Assembly (NCBI GenBank): GCA_045546315.1
Contig: JAZQCN010000091.1
Location: 98,035-162,034 of the forward strand
DNA length: 64,000 bases
Direction of reading: 5' to 3'
DNA from: Clostridia bacterium
GTDB lineage: Bacteria > Bacillota > Clostridia > UBA1381 > UMGS1253
The notes under the pieces were generated by a model. It saw only the letters and a program-made list of their open reading frames with translations. It was not told the origin of the DNA and searched no databases. Position numbers and translations under genes: made by a program. This document shows, in pieces, positions 37,627-46,479 of this stretch (position 1 is the first letter of the stretch; the number at the start of each line of letters is the position of its first letter).

Positions 37627-38805
37627 TTATTCCTCATACGGACCGAAGCCGAGCACCTCCGGCGTGCGGTAATCCGGCAGGTTGTCGCACGCGGTATATA
37701 CCTCACGCACCGCCTGCAGATACTTAAAGCCGTTTTTCGCGCAAGGCGAGATAAAATGCCCCTCACCCCACTCGTTCCAGTTATCGAGTACAACATATTT
37801 TTTGCCGATATCGCCTTCCGGCAAGGTATCAATAATCGTCTTGCACTTTGCAAGCAAGGTCTTGTATTCACTGTGCGACAAGCACCATTGCAGCTCGCCG
37901 TTTGAAAGCTTTGTTCTGCCGAAGGTATTTAGCCACTTCTCCGTTGCATCGCGCGAAACGGAATTGGTAAACATACAAAAGCCCGGAAAGCTTTCTATGC
38001 GCTCTTTGATGCGCGCCTGTTCAAATTCGATGACAAACTCGGACGGCAGACAAACCGTATTTAAATACTCTGCGTACATTTCCGCCGTCACATCCGCCTT
38101 TTCCGGATACCAGCCATACTGGAAGGCACAGTCAAAGCCGGCACTTTTAAGGTGCGCAAGCTCGGATAAATCCGGGCGGTATTGCTCGCAGGCAAACAAA
38201 ATACCATCAAAGCCGTATGCTCTGATTTTTTCATTTGCCAGCGCAAAGCCTTCGGCACATTTTTGTGCCGAGCCAAATGCCGCAACAAGTGTATTCGGGT
38301 CGTATACATACACAATCGGCTTGCCGTTTATCTTCATATACCCCGGGTCTGTAAAATAGTTTTCCACCCAGAACGGCAACAGGTGATTCACCAAATCGTC
38401 AGCATCCGAAACCGCGCCCCAGGTTTTCTGGCACTCCCACATAATGGCATAGTCCATATATTCGCGGAATTTCGCCTTTTTATACACCTCATGGATGATG
38501 TGCGCCAGTCTTAAATCCTTGCGCGTTACCGGCTTACCCTCGTTGGATTTATAGCGGTACCAGCAAAACAGAAAGCAGTTGATGCCGTGCTCACACGCCC
38601 ACTTGATTTCCCAATCCATCACCTCGGGATTGTTTTCATTGTAGTAGCCAAGCATCGGGCGGCGCTCCGGATACAGCTTCATATCCTCCATGCCCTTGTG
38701 CGACACATCGCCGTCTTTATCCCAGCCGGGATAATAGTGGCAGGCGATGTAGTAATCGCTGCTGACGCGCTCCGGCGCCGGAATATAGTCATACAGCCGT
38801 GCCAT
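37627..38805 (-). CDS. WbsX-family-like (glycosyl hydrolase/transferase-like TIM barrel) protein
   Basis: Start at ATG 38805 after GAGGGGTGA. The segment YYPGW...MLGYYNENNPEVMDWEIKWACEHGINCFLFCWYRY resembles the WbsX family signature. No signal peptide. Confidence 0.5.
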   Translation of the reverse strand: MARLYDYIPAPERVSSDYYIACHYYPGWDKDGDVSHKGMEDMKLYPERRPMLGYYNENNPEVMDWEIKWACEHGINCFLFCWYRYKSNEGKPVTRKDLRLAHIIHEVYKKAKFREYMDYAIMWECQKTWGAVSDADDLVNHLLPFWVENYFTDPGYMKINGKPIVYVYDPNTLVAAFGSAQKCAEGFALANEKIRAYGFDGILFACEQYRPDLSELAHLKSAGFDCAFQYGWYPEKADVTAEMYAEYLNTVCLPSEFVIEFEQARIKERIESFPGFCMFTNSVSRDATEKWLNTFGRTKLSNGELQWCLSHSEYKTLLAKCKTIIDTLPEGDIGKKYVVLDNWNEWGEGHFISPCAKNGFKYLQAVREVYTACDNLPDYRTPEVLGFGPYEE

Positions 38806-38823
38806 TGCCTTCACCCCTCAAAA

Positions 38824-40269
38824 CTATCTTACGATAACAGCTTCAATGCCTAAAATGTCTGCAATCTTCTTAATCGTATCTGCGTGATGACCGATACCGA
38901 GCGCATAGTGGTGTGTCGGTCCTTCCATAACCCAACGCTTGATAAATTCCTTCGTGGTCGGCTCAAAGAAGCCGCGTGTGTTGGTGTTGCCCGTTGGCGG
39001 AATCGGGCCCGCCTTGGATTCGCCCTCACCGATGACAAACTTGAACTTGCCGTCATAGGTTTGAGTGATGCCGAGCATCGTAATCGGTCCTTCCTTTAAT
39101 TTAAATTCAACCGATGCACCCGCACCCGGCTTGCCGTGATACTTCGTTAAGCTGCGCAATACCGGCTTGCCGTTTGCAATGCGCAGATGGTGCGGTCCGT
39201 CGTGACCAACCAAGATAAAATCCTCCTTAAAGTCGAACGGATGGAACTCCGCAAAGCTGCCGCCGATGTCGAGGCGGTCCATAATCAGCATTGCAATGCA
39301 GGTCTTTAAGTCAAATTCGCCGCACATCGGAATGCCCTGCGCATTTAAGATGGAGTTGCCGACGATAAAGGTCGTTGCAACCTTTCTTTGTACACTGTCC
39401 TCCATACCCTCATAGTAGTATGCAAGACCGGTTAAGTTGTACTTTTCAACAAACTTATCGAGTGCAACTGCGCTCTTTGCCGCCTGATACAAATCCGCAT
39501 CGGTCAGCTTCATGGTTACCGGGTCGCTCTTCGGGTCCGGCATATCGAATTCTGCGCGAATCAAATCGGTCTTTGCCTCGATTTCTGCTTCGGTTACGGT
39601 GTTATACAGCTCGACAACATCGTCAATCTCTAAAAGCGGTACATGTACGCCAAAAGCGGCAGAAACCGCCGTCGGGTCTGCGTGCATATCGTACATTGCC
39701 TCGAGTACATGCCCCATCAGACCGATGCGCGCACCCTTTAAGGAACGCAGCACCTTTGCAATCGAGCACCACTCTTCTACTTCCTTGTCTGCCTCAGCAT
39801 CGTTATAGAGCGTGCCGATAATCACATCGTTTACCTGCTTACCCATGCGAATCGCTACGCCCGTAAACTCCGGTACGGAACAAATATTATCGTTTTCAAG
39901 CTGCATAAAGGTGCTTGCCTTTGTGTAGTCCATTGCCTCTCTCGGCTGCAGCGCAACGAGCACCATCGGCTTGTTCACCGCGCGCACAATCGGCGCAAAC
40001 ACGGACGAGGTTGCATAAGTCACCATATTGCAGAATACCACATCCACATCCGCCGCTAAAATTGCATCTGCTGCAGCATATGCCTTTTCGCTCGAGTCGA
40101 CCATACCGAAGTCAATGACTTCAACACCGAAGCCTTCTGTTTTCTTACAAAAATCCTTATGATAGCCCATGATGTTGTCTAAAAGACCTTCAAACTGGTC
40201 CCAGTAGGTTGCGTGTGCCACAGCAAACACACCAATGCGGGCTGTTAACTTCTTTTTTCTTTCAATCAT
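38824..40269 (-). CDS. L-arabinose/L-fucose isomerase-family protein
   Basis: Start at ATG 40269 (MIERKKKLTARIGVFAVAHATYWDQF) after GGAGG. 481 aa, with length and N-terminal pattern like AraA/FucI-family sugar isomerases. Confidence 0.6.
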   Translation of the reverse strand: MIERKKKLTARIGVFAVAHATYWDQFEGLLDNIMGYHKDFCKKTEGFGVEVIDFGMVDSSEKAYAAADAILAADVDVVFCNMVTYATSSVFAPIVRAVNKPMVLVALQPREAMDYTKASTFMQLENDNICSVPEFTGVAIRMGKQVNDVIIGTLYNDAEADKEVEEWCSIAKVLRSLKGARIGLMGHVLEAMYDMHADPTAVSAAFGVHVPLLEIDDVVELYNTVTEAEIEAKTDLIRAEFDMPDPKSDPVTMKLTDADLYQAAKSAVALDKFVEKYNLTGLAYYYEGMEDSVQRKVATTFIVGNSILNAQGIPMCGEFDLKTCIAMLIMDRLDIGGSFAEFHPFDFKEDFILVGHDGPHHLRIANGKPVLRSLTKYHGKPGAGASVEFKLKEGPITMLGITQTYDGKFKFVIGEGESKAGPIPPTGNTNTRGFFEPTTKEFIKRWVMEGPTHHYALGIGHHADTIKKIADILGIEAVIVR

Positions 40270-40295
40270 TGTAAATACCTCCGTTTGCATTTTTC

Positions 40296-40384
40296 GAAAA
40301 TAAACCTTACACTATTGATTTTAAACTTATAAATTGCTATAATCTATATACAAAGTAAACTTTTATTTGGAGAAAATAAACTTT
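40296..40384. promoter_or_regulatory. Two copies of a GAAAATAAAC-type motif in the isomerase/AraC divergent region
   Basis: GAAAATAAACCTT at 40296-40308 and TGGAGAAAATAAACTTT at 40368-40384. The same 12-13-mers recur at 43736-43774. Confidence 0.35.
40315..40343 (+). promoter_or_regulatory. Candidate promoter of the AraC-family gene
   Basis: TTGATT-17 nt-TATAAT. Confidence 0.5.
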
Positions 40385-40398
40385 TTCGGAGGCAAAAT

Positions 40399-41238
40399 AT
40401 GCTTGTACGCGAAATTCAGCCTTATATCCGCCTTGCGCACAGCTTCAGCGATGCGGAATTTATAAAGAAAACTGCCTGCACCGCCGACAACCGTTTGTTC
40501 TATATCTTGGAAGGCAGCTGCGATATTGCAGTCAATCATATAACATATACCGCGCATCCCGGCAGCGTGCTATTGTTGCCGCGCGGCACCCTCTATAAGC
40601 TGTCGAAAGCACCGGCAAAGATCATCGGTATCAATTTCGATTACCACTTTGACGAAAATACCAACACACGCTTGCTGCACCCGATGTTCGAAAACCAGAT
40701 TCGAAAGCCGCTCGGCATTGAACAGCCTTTCGAGGATGCCCCCGCATTAGAAAAGCCGATTCTTCTCCACGAGGCGGACAGTCTTTATCCAAAGCTGCGC
40801 GAAATTTGCGAAGTGTTTGAAAAGCAAAAGCTCTATGCCGACCGCATTTGTGCAGGACTTTTAATCGCGGTCATTTCGGAAATTCTGCTTTTGCAAGCTG
40901 CCCCGCAGCAAAGCGAAAACCTGGTTGATGCAATTATTGACTACATCGCCGAAAACTACGCGCGTGCATTAAACAACGCCGCCATCGGCAACAAATTCGG
41001 CTATCACCCCAACTACATCAATCGCCTTTTCGTAAAACAGACCGGGCTTTCCCTGCACCGTTATATTCTAAACTTCCGCATTTCGCAGGCTGTCACGCAG
41101 CTGTTTTACACAAAGCTGACGCTCAGCGAAATCGCGCAAAGCTGCGGTTTTCCGGACTATGCATACTTTTCAAGAGTATTTAAACAGCAGCACGGCATCA
41201 GCCCGTCCGAATACAGAAAAAAAGCACCCTTGGCGTAA
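40399..41238 (+). CDS. AraC-family transcriptional regulator (cupin sensor plus HTH)
   Basis: 279 aa. N-terminal cupin-like domain. C-terminal AraC HTH (SEIAQSCGFPDYAYFSRVFKQQHGISPSEYR). Confidence 0.88.
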   Translation: MLVREIQPYIRLAHSFSDAEFIKKTACTADNRLFYILEGSCDIAVNHITYTAHPGSVLLLPRGTLYKLSKAPAKIIGINFDYHFDENTNTRLLHPMFENQIRKPLGIEQPFEDAPALEKPILLHEADSLYPKLREICEVFEKQKLYADRICAGLLIAVISEILLLQAAPQQSENLVDAIIDYIAENYARALNNAAIGNKFGYHPNYINRLFVKQTGLSLHRYILNFRISQAVTQLFYTKLTLSEIAQSCGFPDYAYFSRVFKQQHGISPSEYRKKAPLA

Positions 41239-41254
41239 CGCCAAAGGTGCTTTT
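41217..41254. terminator. Bidirectional terminator between the AraC gene and the 809-aa gene
   Basis: AGCACCCTTGGCG-TAA-CGCCAAAGGTGCT, a 13-bp stem with one mismatch. Flanked by an A-run and a T-run. The loop is the AraC stop codon. Confidence 0.7.
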
Positions 41255-41256
41255 CA

Positions 41257-43686
41257 TTATCTGATAAACGGCATATACAGCGTCAGCTCGCCGGTGACAT
41301 TGCGTACCTCTAAATAAGTACCGTTTTCATCGGTGATGATTTCACTGTCGAGGCTTTCATCCTCTAAATACCAGTTCTTCGTATAGTTTAAGTTCACAAC
41401 CGCCTTGTCCATACACTCGGTCTCCGCAAAGAAGCGTACCGTTGCATTTTTAAGTCCGCCCACGCCGATGCGGCGGCGGTACTGATAGCTTGCCGGTGTC
41501 AGCTCGCGGCTGTACACATGGCCGCTCTCCTGCTCGACAAATACGCGGCACTCTAAATGTGCGGCGCGCGGCAGGCGGTATACGCTCTTGCCTTCCTCCA
41601 ACACAGTCTCATAGCCGAGCACCAGCGGTGCACCGAGCGGAAATTTCATTTTCAGCGCGGTTGCCGTATCCGGCATATAGGTCGAGAAGAAATAGCCGTT
41701 TTCTCTTCTTGCGCACATCACCACCGGCGTTTTCATACCGGCATACGGCTTTTCAAACGAAATGTGCATACCGAACTTTTCAAGCGCACGGCGCATTAGG
41801 GTTTCCGCAATCAGATACTTGTTGCCGTCTTCCTTTTTCGGCATCTTCATTTCTCGTGTATAATAACACGATACAATCGTGCGCAGCCACACAAAGCCCT
41901 TGCCGCAGGTCATAATTGCGCGCTTTACGCCGTCCTGCTCTGCGCTTGCCAGCATCTCCGCTTCACCGGTTGCAAAGGTGTCGATGCCACCGTCGCTTAA
42001 AAGCGCCTCATGGCGAATCACCGCCGGACTGTTTTTATCCATAAAGCTGTCGATTTGCGGCAGGTCTACCGTAAACTCACCCTCTGCAGCCTCGCCGAGC
42101 TTTACACCGATAAGCTTTTGAAAGCGCTTGCTTGCGCGCGTTACGCTGCCGTAGAAAACCACCTTGCCGCCCTTGGCAATATAGTCTAAAATCAAGGCTT
42201 CAAATGCGCTGTCTGCCTCCGGCACCGGCGTTACAAGCACGCTCGCATCATAAATGCCCTGCTCTACAGTTTTTGCAAAGTTCTTTGTCGAAACCACGCT
42301 GGAAAGCGGTAAGCCCTCATTGACTGCATCGCGGATAAACCAATCCTGCGCAAACATTGCCTTGAGGCTCGCTTCGTCCTTTGCGTTCATATACTCGTCA
42401 AACGGATATACCCAAACCACCGGCGACGGTGCGTCCGGCGCATCCTTGTATGCCTTTAAGTAGTGCGGAATCGGCTCGTTTGCACAGCTGTCCGGCAAAT
42501 CGCCGAAGGAGTTGTCAATCGAAAGCAGGCTAAAGTAGTTCGGAATATCCACCTTGCCGTTTTCGTCGATACGACCGATGGACATCGGCAGATAAATATC
42601 GTGCGGCTGCCCCTCGTAGCGGTCGTACCACGGAGAATTAATCCACCATGGGTCGTGTACATAATAGCGGAACATATACCCCTTTTGCGGCAAATGCGCA
42701 ATACGCGACATATAGCCGGCAAGCTCCAAGCCAAAGTCACCGTCAATGGATGCCCACGGCGAGTTCGGCGGCGCAACAATATCGTACTCCTCGCTGTAGA
42801 GCGCGTCAATCGGCGTGCCGTCCGTTGCATAGTCGATGCCGCAAACCAGATTCGTGCCGCGCACCAAAATCGGATGGTCCGGCATTGCCTCTTTTAAAAG
42901 ACTCCAGAATTCACGAATTTTATCCTTAACCATCTGCAGCTTTTCTGTATGGAACTCGTAGCCATCAAATACCGCACCCTCTGTGCGCCAGCTTTCCATA
43001 CCAAAGCCCATACCGTTGGACAGCCACAAAAAGTCGAACCCCAAATCCGACAGATATGCATTCGACTGCGCGCCTAAAAAGGTCGCAAACGGTGTCCCCT
43101 CTTTGATGCCGTCCGGGAATGCTGCATAGGCGGTATCATCGGCGTGCAGGGTAGAATAGCAAAACACCATACTCGCCTTACCCATGCTTTCACCGGCAAG
43201 AATTTCCGGGTGGCGCTGATATTTAAAGGTCGAAACCGCAAACTCCGGACCCGGGTCAAAGGTTTCACCGATAAAGACCTTCTTGCCCGGATACAGTCTT
43301 GCACAAACCTTGCGGATGGTATCCGTAATGCGCTTTAGCACAGCATAGGTCATCACCGGCGGATTTTCCATATAATCATAGTGCCAGCGGTGCAGGTTGT
43401 GATGATTCGGGTCCTCCGTATCATCCGCAGGCTGCATACGCTGCGCAATGCCGATATAGCGGCACCACTCAAATGTATCGTCCAGATCGCCCTTATAGTC
43501 CAAAATCTGCGAGCCGTCCGATGTCCAGAACATCACGCCGACGGTTTTGGCGTGCTTTAAAATTGGGCGATACTGCATAAGAAAGTTTTCGCAAACCGCC
43601 TCAATATACGCATCGTCCGTCTGCTTAAACGGCTTTAAGCTGATTTCCAAAATAACCGTTTCCGAAAAACGGATGGGTTTACTCAT
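41257..43686 (-). CDS. Large cytoplasmic protein of unknown family (possibly a glycoside hydrolase/phosphorylase-like TIM barrel plus a GH42-trimerisation-like domain)
   Basis: Start at ATG 43686 after AGAGGTGA. 809 aa, no signal peptide. I recognise no catalytic family signature. The mid-region YDASVLVTPVPEADSAFEALILDYIAKGGKVVFYG resembles the class-I-GATase-like middle domain of GH42-type enzymes. Coding status is secure; function is not. Confidence 0.8.
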   Translation of the reverse strand: MSKPIRFSETVILEISLKPFKQTDDAYIEAVCENFLMQYRPILKHAKTVGVMFWTSDGSQILDYKGDLDDTFEWCRYIGIAQRMQPADDTEDPNHHNLHRWHYDYMENPPVMTYAVLKRITDTIRKVCARLYPGKKVFIGETFDPGPEFAVSTFKYQRHPEILAGESMGKASMVFCYSTLHADDTAYAAFPDGIKEGTPFATFLGAQSNAYLSDLGFDFLWLSNGMGFGMESWRTEGAVFDGYEFHTEKLQMVKDKIREFWSLLKEAMPDHPILVRGTNLVCGIDYATDGTPIDALYSEEYDIVAPPNSPWASIDGDFGLELAGYMSRIAHLPQKGYMFRYYVHDPWWINSPWYDRYEGQPHDIYLPMSIGRIDENGKVDIPNYFSLLSIDNSFGDLPDSCANEPIPHYLKAYKDAPDAPSPVVWVYPFDEYMNAKDEASLKAMFAQDWFIRDAVNEGLPLSSVVSTKNFAKTVEQGIYDASVLVTPVPEADSAFEALILDYIAKGGKVVFYGSVTRASKRFQKLIGVKLGEAAEGEFTVDLPQIDSFMDKNSPAVIRHEALLSDGGIDTFATGEAEMLASAEQDGVKRAIMTCGKGFVWLRTIVSCYYTREMKMPKKEDGNKYLIAETLMRRALEKFGMHISFEKPYAGMKTPVVMCARRENGYFFSTYMPDTATALKMKFPLGAPLVLGYETVLEEGKSVYRLPRAAHLECRVFVEQESGHVYSRELTPASYQYRRRIGVGGLKNATVRFFAETECMDKAVVNLNYTKNWYLEDESLDSEIITDENGTYLEVRNVTGELTLYMPFIR

Positions 43687-43706
43687 TTCAATCACCTCTT
43701 AATGCA

Positions 43707-43735
43707 ACTATAACACATATGCAAAAATTTGCAAA
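43707..43735 (-). promoter_or_regulatory. Candidate promoter of the 809-aa gene
   Basis: The minus strand reads TTTGCA-17 nt-(TGT)TATAGT, an extended -10. The shared motif abuts its -35. Confidence 0.45.
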
Positions 43736-43774
43736 TGGAGAAAATAAAGAACTGTGTTGGAAAAAATAAACCTT
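43736..43774. promoter_or_regulatory. Two further copies of the GAAAATAAAC-type motif
   Basis: TGGAGAAAATAAAGAAC at 43736-43752 and GAAAAAATAAACCTT at 43760-43774. They lie between the divergent 809-aa and GH78 genes. Confidence 0.35.
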
Positions 43775-43821
43775 CTTTAAAAAGATGACAAAATACGCCC
43801 TGAAATTGCGCAAAAATGCAC

Positions 43822-43850
43822 TTTTCTTTTGTCTTTTTATTGTGTATAAT
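43822..43850 (+). promoter_or_regulatory. Candidate activator-dependent promoter of the GH78 gene
   Basis: Perfect TATAAT at 43845-50 but a poor -35 (TTTTCT). Confidence 0.35.
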
Positions 43851-43879
43851 AAAATCAGCTTAAATAGGAGGTTTTTTCT

Positions 43880-46252
43880 ATGGAATTTTCGAGAAACTTT
43901 GTCTGCGAAACCTATGAAAAGTGCACCCGCCAAAAGCATGTGAGCGCACCGGTGTTTCGCAAAAGCTTTACACTCCAAAACAAACCGACACGCGCGGAAA
44001 TTTTAATCTGCGGTCTCGGCTTTTATGATTTGTATGTAAACGGCAAAAAAATCACCAAAGGGCTCATTGCGCCGTATGTATCCAACCCGGACGATTATAT
44101 TTACTACGACAGCTATGACCTTTTGCCGTATTTAGAGGCAGGCGAAAATGTCATCGGCGTGATTCTCGGCAACGGGCACCAAAACCCGATGGAGTTTCTC
44201 TGGGACTTTTACACCGCACCGTATGCCGCCTCCCCGAAGCTTGCCCTCTCCTTCGAAGCAGAGGACGGCGACAAGCTCACCAGCTTCGATGCAACCGAAT
44301 TTAAGTGCACCGCATCGGAAATTTATTTTGACAACTACCGCACCGGTGCATTTTGCGACGCGCGCAGAATAGAAGAAGGCAGATTTGAAAAGGGCTTTGA
44401 CGACAGCCATTGGCACGCACCGCTCACCGCCGAGCAGCCGCGCGGCCGGGCAAAGCTGTGCGAGGCAGAGCCTGTGCGCATCGTCGAGGAAAGAAAGCCG
44501 ATATCCGTGCGCAAGGGCGAAATGATGCCGGTTCGGCCGGATGCGCGCAGGGATAAGTTTGAGCGGGAATGGGGCAAGGCGGAGGAAGCACCGCCTGCAA
44601 TCACCGGCGGCTATATCTACGATTTCGGCTTAAACGATGCCGGTATCTTCCGCTTGAAAATCAAGGGTACACCGGGGCAGAAAATCTCTGTGCAATGCGC
44701 AGAATGGATGACCGACGGCAAGGTGGATACCAACAACTTGGAATACTTCACCTTCGTTGGCTACAGCCAAAGAGATGTCTACATCTGCAAGGGCGACGGC
44801 GAAGAAATCTTCGAGCCGCCGTTTACCTACCACGGCTATCGCTATATCTATGTGACAGGCATCACCGAGGAGCAGGCAACCGAGGATTTATTAACCTATC
44901 TCGTTGCGCACTCCGATTTGGAAACGCGCGGCGGCTTTTCCTGCTCGGATGCGGATGCAAATGCGCTTTATGAGATGGCGCACCGCTCGGATTTGTCGAA
45001 CTTTTACTACTTCCCGACAGACTGTCCGCACCGCGAAAAGAACGGCTGGACGGGCGACGCTTCGATGTCAGCAGAGCATATGATTTTAACGATTGCGCCG
45101 GAAAAGAGCTGGCGCGAGTGGCTACATAATATCCGCGCGGCACTGCGCGAGAACGGTATGCTGCCGGGCATTGTGCCGACCACCGGCCATCAGGGCTGGG
45201 GCTATGACTGGGGCAGCGGTCCGACCTGGGATGCTGTGCTGTTTAACCTGCCGTGGTTTGCCTACCTCTATCGCGGCGAAACCGAAATGATAAAGGAAAA
45301 TGCGCACGCAATGCTGCGCTATTTAGAATATGTATCCCGCAAGCGCGACGAACGCGGCCTTGTAAACCTCGGCCTCGGCGACTGGGTACCGACCGGCGGC
45401 AACCAGGGTGGCAACGGCTACAAAACGCCGGTAGAATATACCGACTCCGCCTCTGTCTACGAAATGTGCACCCGCGGCGAAAAGATGTTTAACGCCGTAG
45501 GCTTAAAGCATCACGCCGCCTTTGCCAAGGCACTCGGCGACGAATTCAAGGCAGCAATGCGCAAGCATTTGCTGAATTTAAATACGATGACCGCAAATTG
45601 CGCCACGATTACCGCGCAGGCAGTATTTATGTACTACGGCATCTTCGAGCCGGCGGAAAGAGAGCGCGCATACAGCGTACTTAAGAGAATGCTTATTGCC
45701 AAAGACAAAACCTGGGAGTTCGGTATGCTCGGTCTTCGAACCGTGTTCCATCTGCTCACAGAGTTTGGCGATGCAGATTGGGCATACGAGCTGATTTGCA
45801 GAAGAACCTTCCCGTCCTACGGTATGCTTTTAGAAATGGGCGAAACCACAATTACGGAAAAGATTGTCGATTTCGGCAAGGGTCCGGGCTCGCACAATCA
45901 CCACTTCCTCGCCGACTTCAAGCACTGGTTTATGCGCACAATTTTAGGCATCCATGTCAATCCGAGTGAAACCGATGCAAACACGATGCTTGTTTCTCCG
46001 CACTTTATCGAAAAGCTCGACCACGCCGAGGGCTGGCACAAGCTGCCGGCAGGCCGCGTGGATATTGCCTGGAAGCGCACAGGCGCAGATACGGTATGTC
46101 TTACGCTTAAATGTGAGCCGGGCGTAAATGTACACTTATCGCTTCTGCCGGAGTATATAATCGAGGACGGTTATCCTTACGGCCCGCACGGACAGTATCC
46201 GCAAACAGCGGACGGCGCGGCGTACACCGTAAAAATCAAAATCATGGGTTAA
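43880..46252 (+). CDS. Alpha-L-rhamnosidase, GH78 family
   Basis: TAGGAGG RBS. 790 aa. Contains FYDLYVNGKKI, the (alpha/alpha)6 catalytic-domain signature FPTDCPHREKNGWTGDA, and LGDWVP. No signal peptide. Confidence 0.8.
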   Translation: MEFSRNFVCETYEKCTRQKHVSAPVFRKSFTLQNKPTRAEILICGLGFYDLYVNGKKITKGLIAPYVSNPDDYIYYDSYDLLPYLEAGENVIGVILGNGHQNPMEFLWDFYTAPYAASPKLALSFEAEDGDKLTSFDATEFKCTASEIYFDNYRTGAFCDARRIEEGRFEKGFDDSHWHAPLTAEQPRGRAKLCEAEPVRIVEERKPISVRKGEMMPVRPDARRDKFEREWGKAEEAPPAITGGYIYDFGLNDAGIFRLKIKGTPGQKISVQCAEWMTDGKVDTNNLEYFTFVGYSQRDVYICKGDGEEIFEPPFTYHGYRYIYVTGITEEQATEDLLTYLVAHSDLETRGGFSCSDADANALYEMAHRSDLSNFYYFPTDCPHREKNGWTGDASMSAEHMILTIAPEKSWREWLHNIRAALRENGMLPGIVPTTGHQGWGYDWGSGPTWDAVLFNLPWFAYLYRGETEMIKENAHAMLRYLEYVSRKRDERGLVNLGLGDWVPTGGNQGGNGYKTPVEYTDSASVYEMCTRGEKMFNAVGLKHHAAFAKALGDEFKAAMRKHLLNLNTMTANCATITAQAVFMYYGIFEPAERERAYSVLKRMLIAKDKTWEFGMLGLRTVFHLLTEFGDADWAYELICRRTFPSYGMLLEMGETTITEKIVDFGKGPGSHNHHFLADFKHWFMRTILGIHVNPSETDANTMLVSPHFIEKLDHAEGWHKLPAGRVDIAWKRTGADTVCLTLKCEPGVNVHLSLLPEYIIEDGYPYGPHGQYPQTADGAAYTVKIKIMG

Positions 46253-46264
46253 AATTTTTTTGCG

Positions 46265-46387
46265 GCTCCCTCTGACGAGGGAGCTGCTGAGCAAAGCGAA
46301 GCTGAGGGAGAGATAAACAACATTTCACTTACTATCTCTCCCTCCGTCTTTGCCTACGGCAAATCCACCTCCCTCGTCAGAGGGAGG
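46265..46387. repeat. Compound palindromic element (three hairpins; outer arms are mutual reverse complements)
   Basis: GCTCCCTC-TGAC-GAGGGAGC (46265-84); GAGGGAGAGATA-17 nt-TATCTCTCCCTC (46304-44); CCTCCCTC-GTCA-GAGGGAGG (46368-87). Confidence 0.7.
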
Positions 46388-46392
46388 TTTTT
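46368..46392 (+). terminator. Rho-independent terminator of the GH78 gene (third hairpin of the element)
   Basis: An 8-bp GC-rich stem followed by TTTTT. Confidence 0.6.
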
Positions 46393-46401
46393 AACGCTAA
46401 T

Positions 46402-46430
46402 TTGACAAACGAAGGCAAATATTGTATACT
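46402..46430 (+). promoter_or_regulatory. Promoter of the DUF4886 pair
   Basis: TTGACA-17 nt-TATACT. Confidence 0.55.
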
Positions 46431-46479
46431 TTATGTCGTAATAAATATAACAATTTTCTATGAAAGGTATGAGTGTATA

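Noticed and set aside
46270-46312. Hammerhead-ribozyme-like CUGACGAG ... GAA core.
   Set aside because: After CUGACGA the required stem II cannot form: position 10.2/11.2 would be a G-G pair. The CUGACGAG is fully explained as the loop and 3' stem of a simple hairpin.
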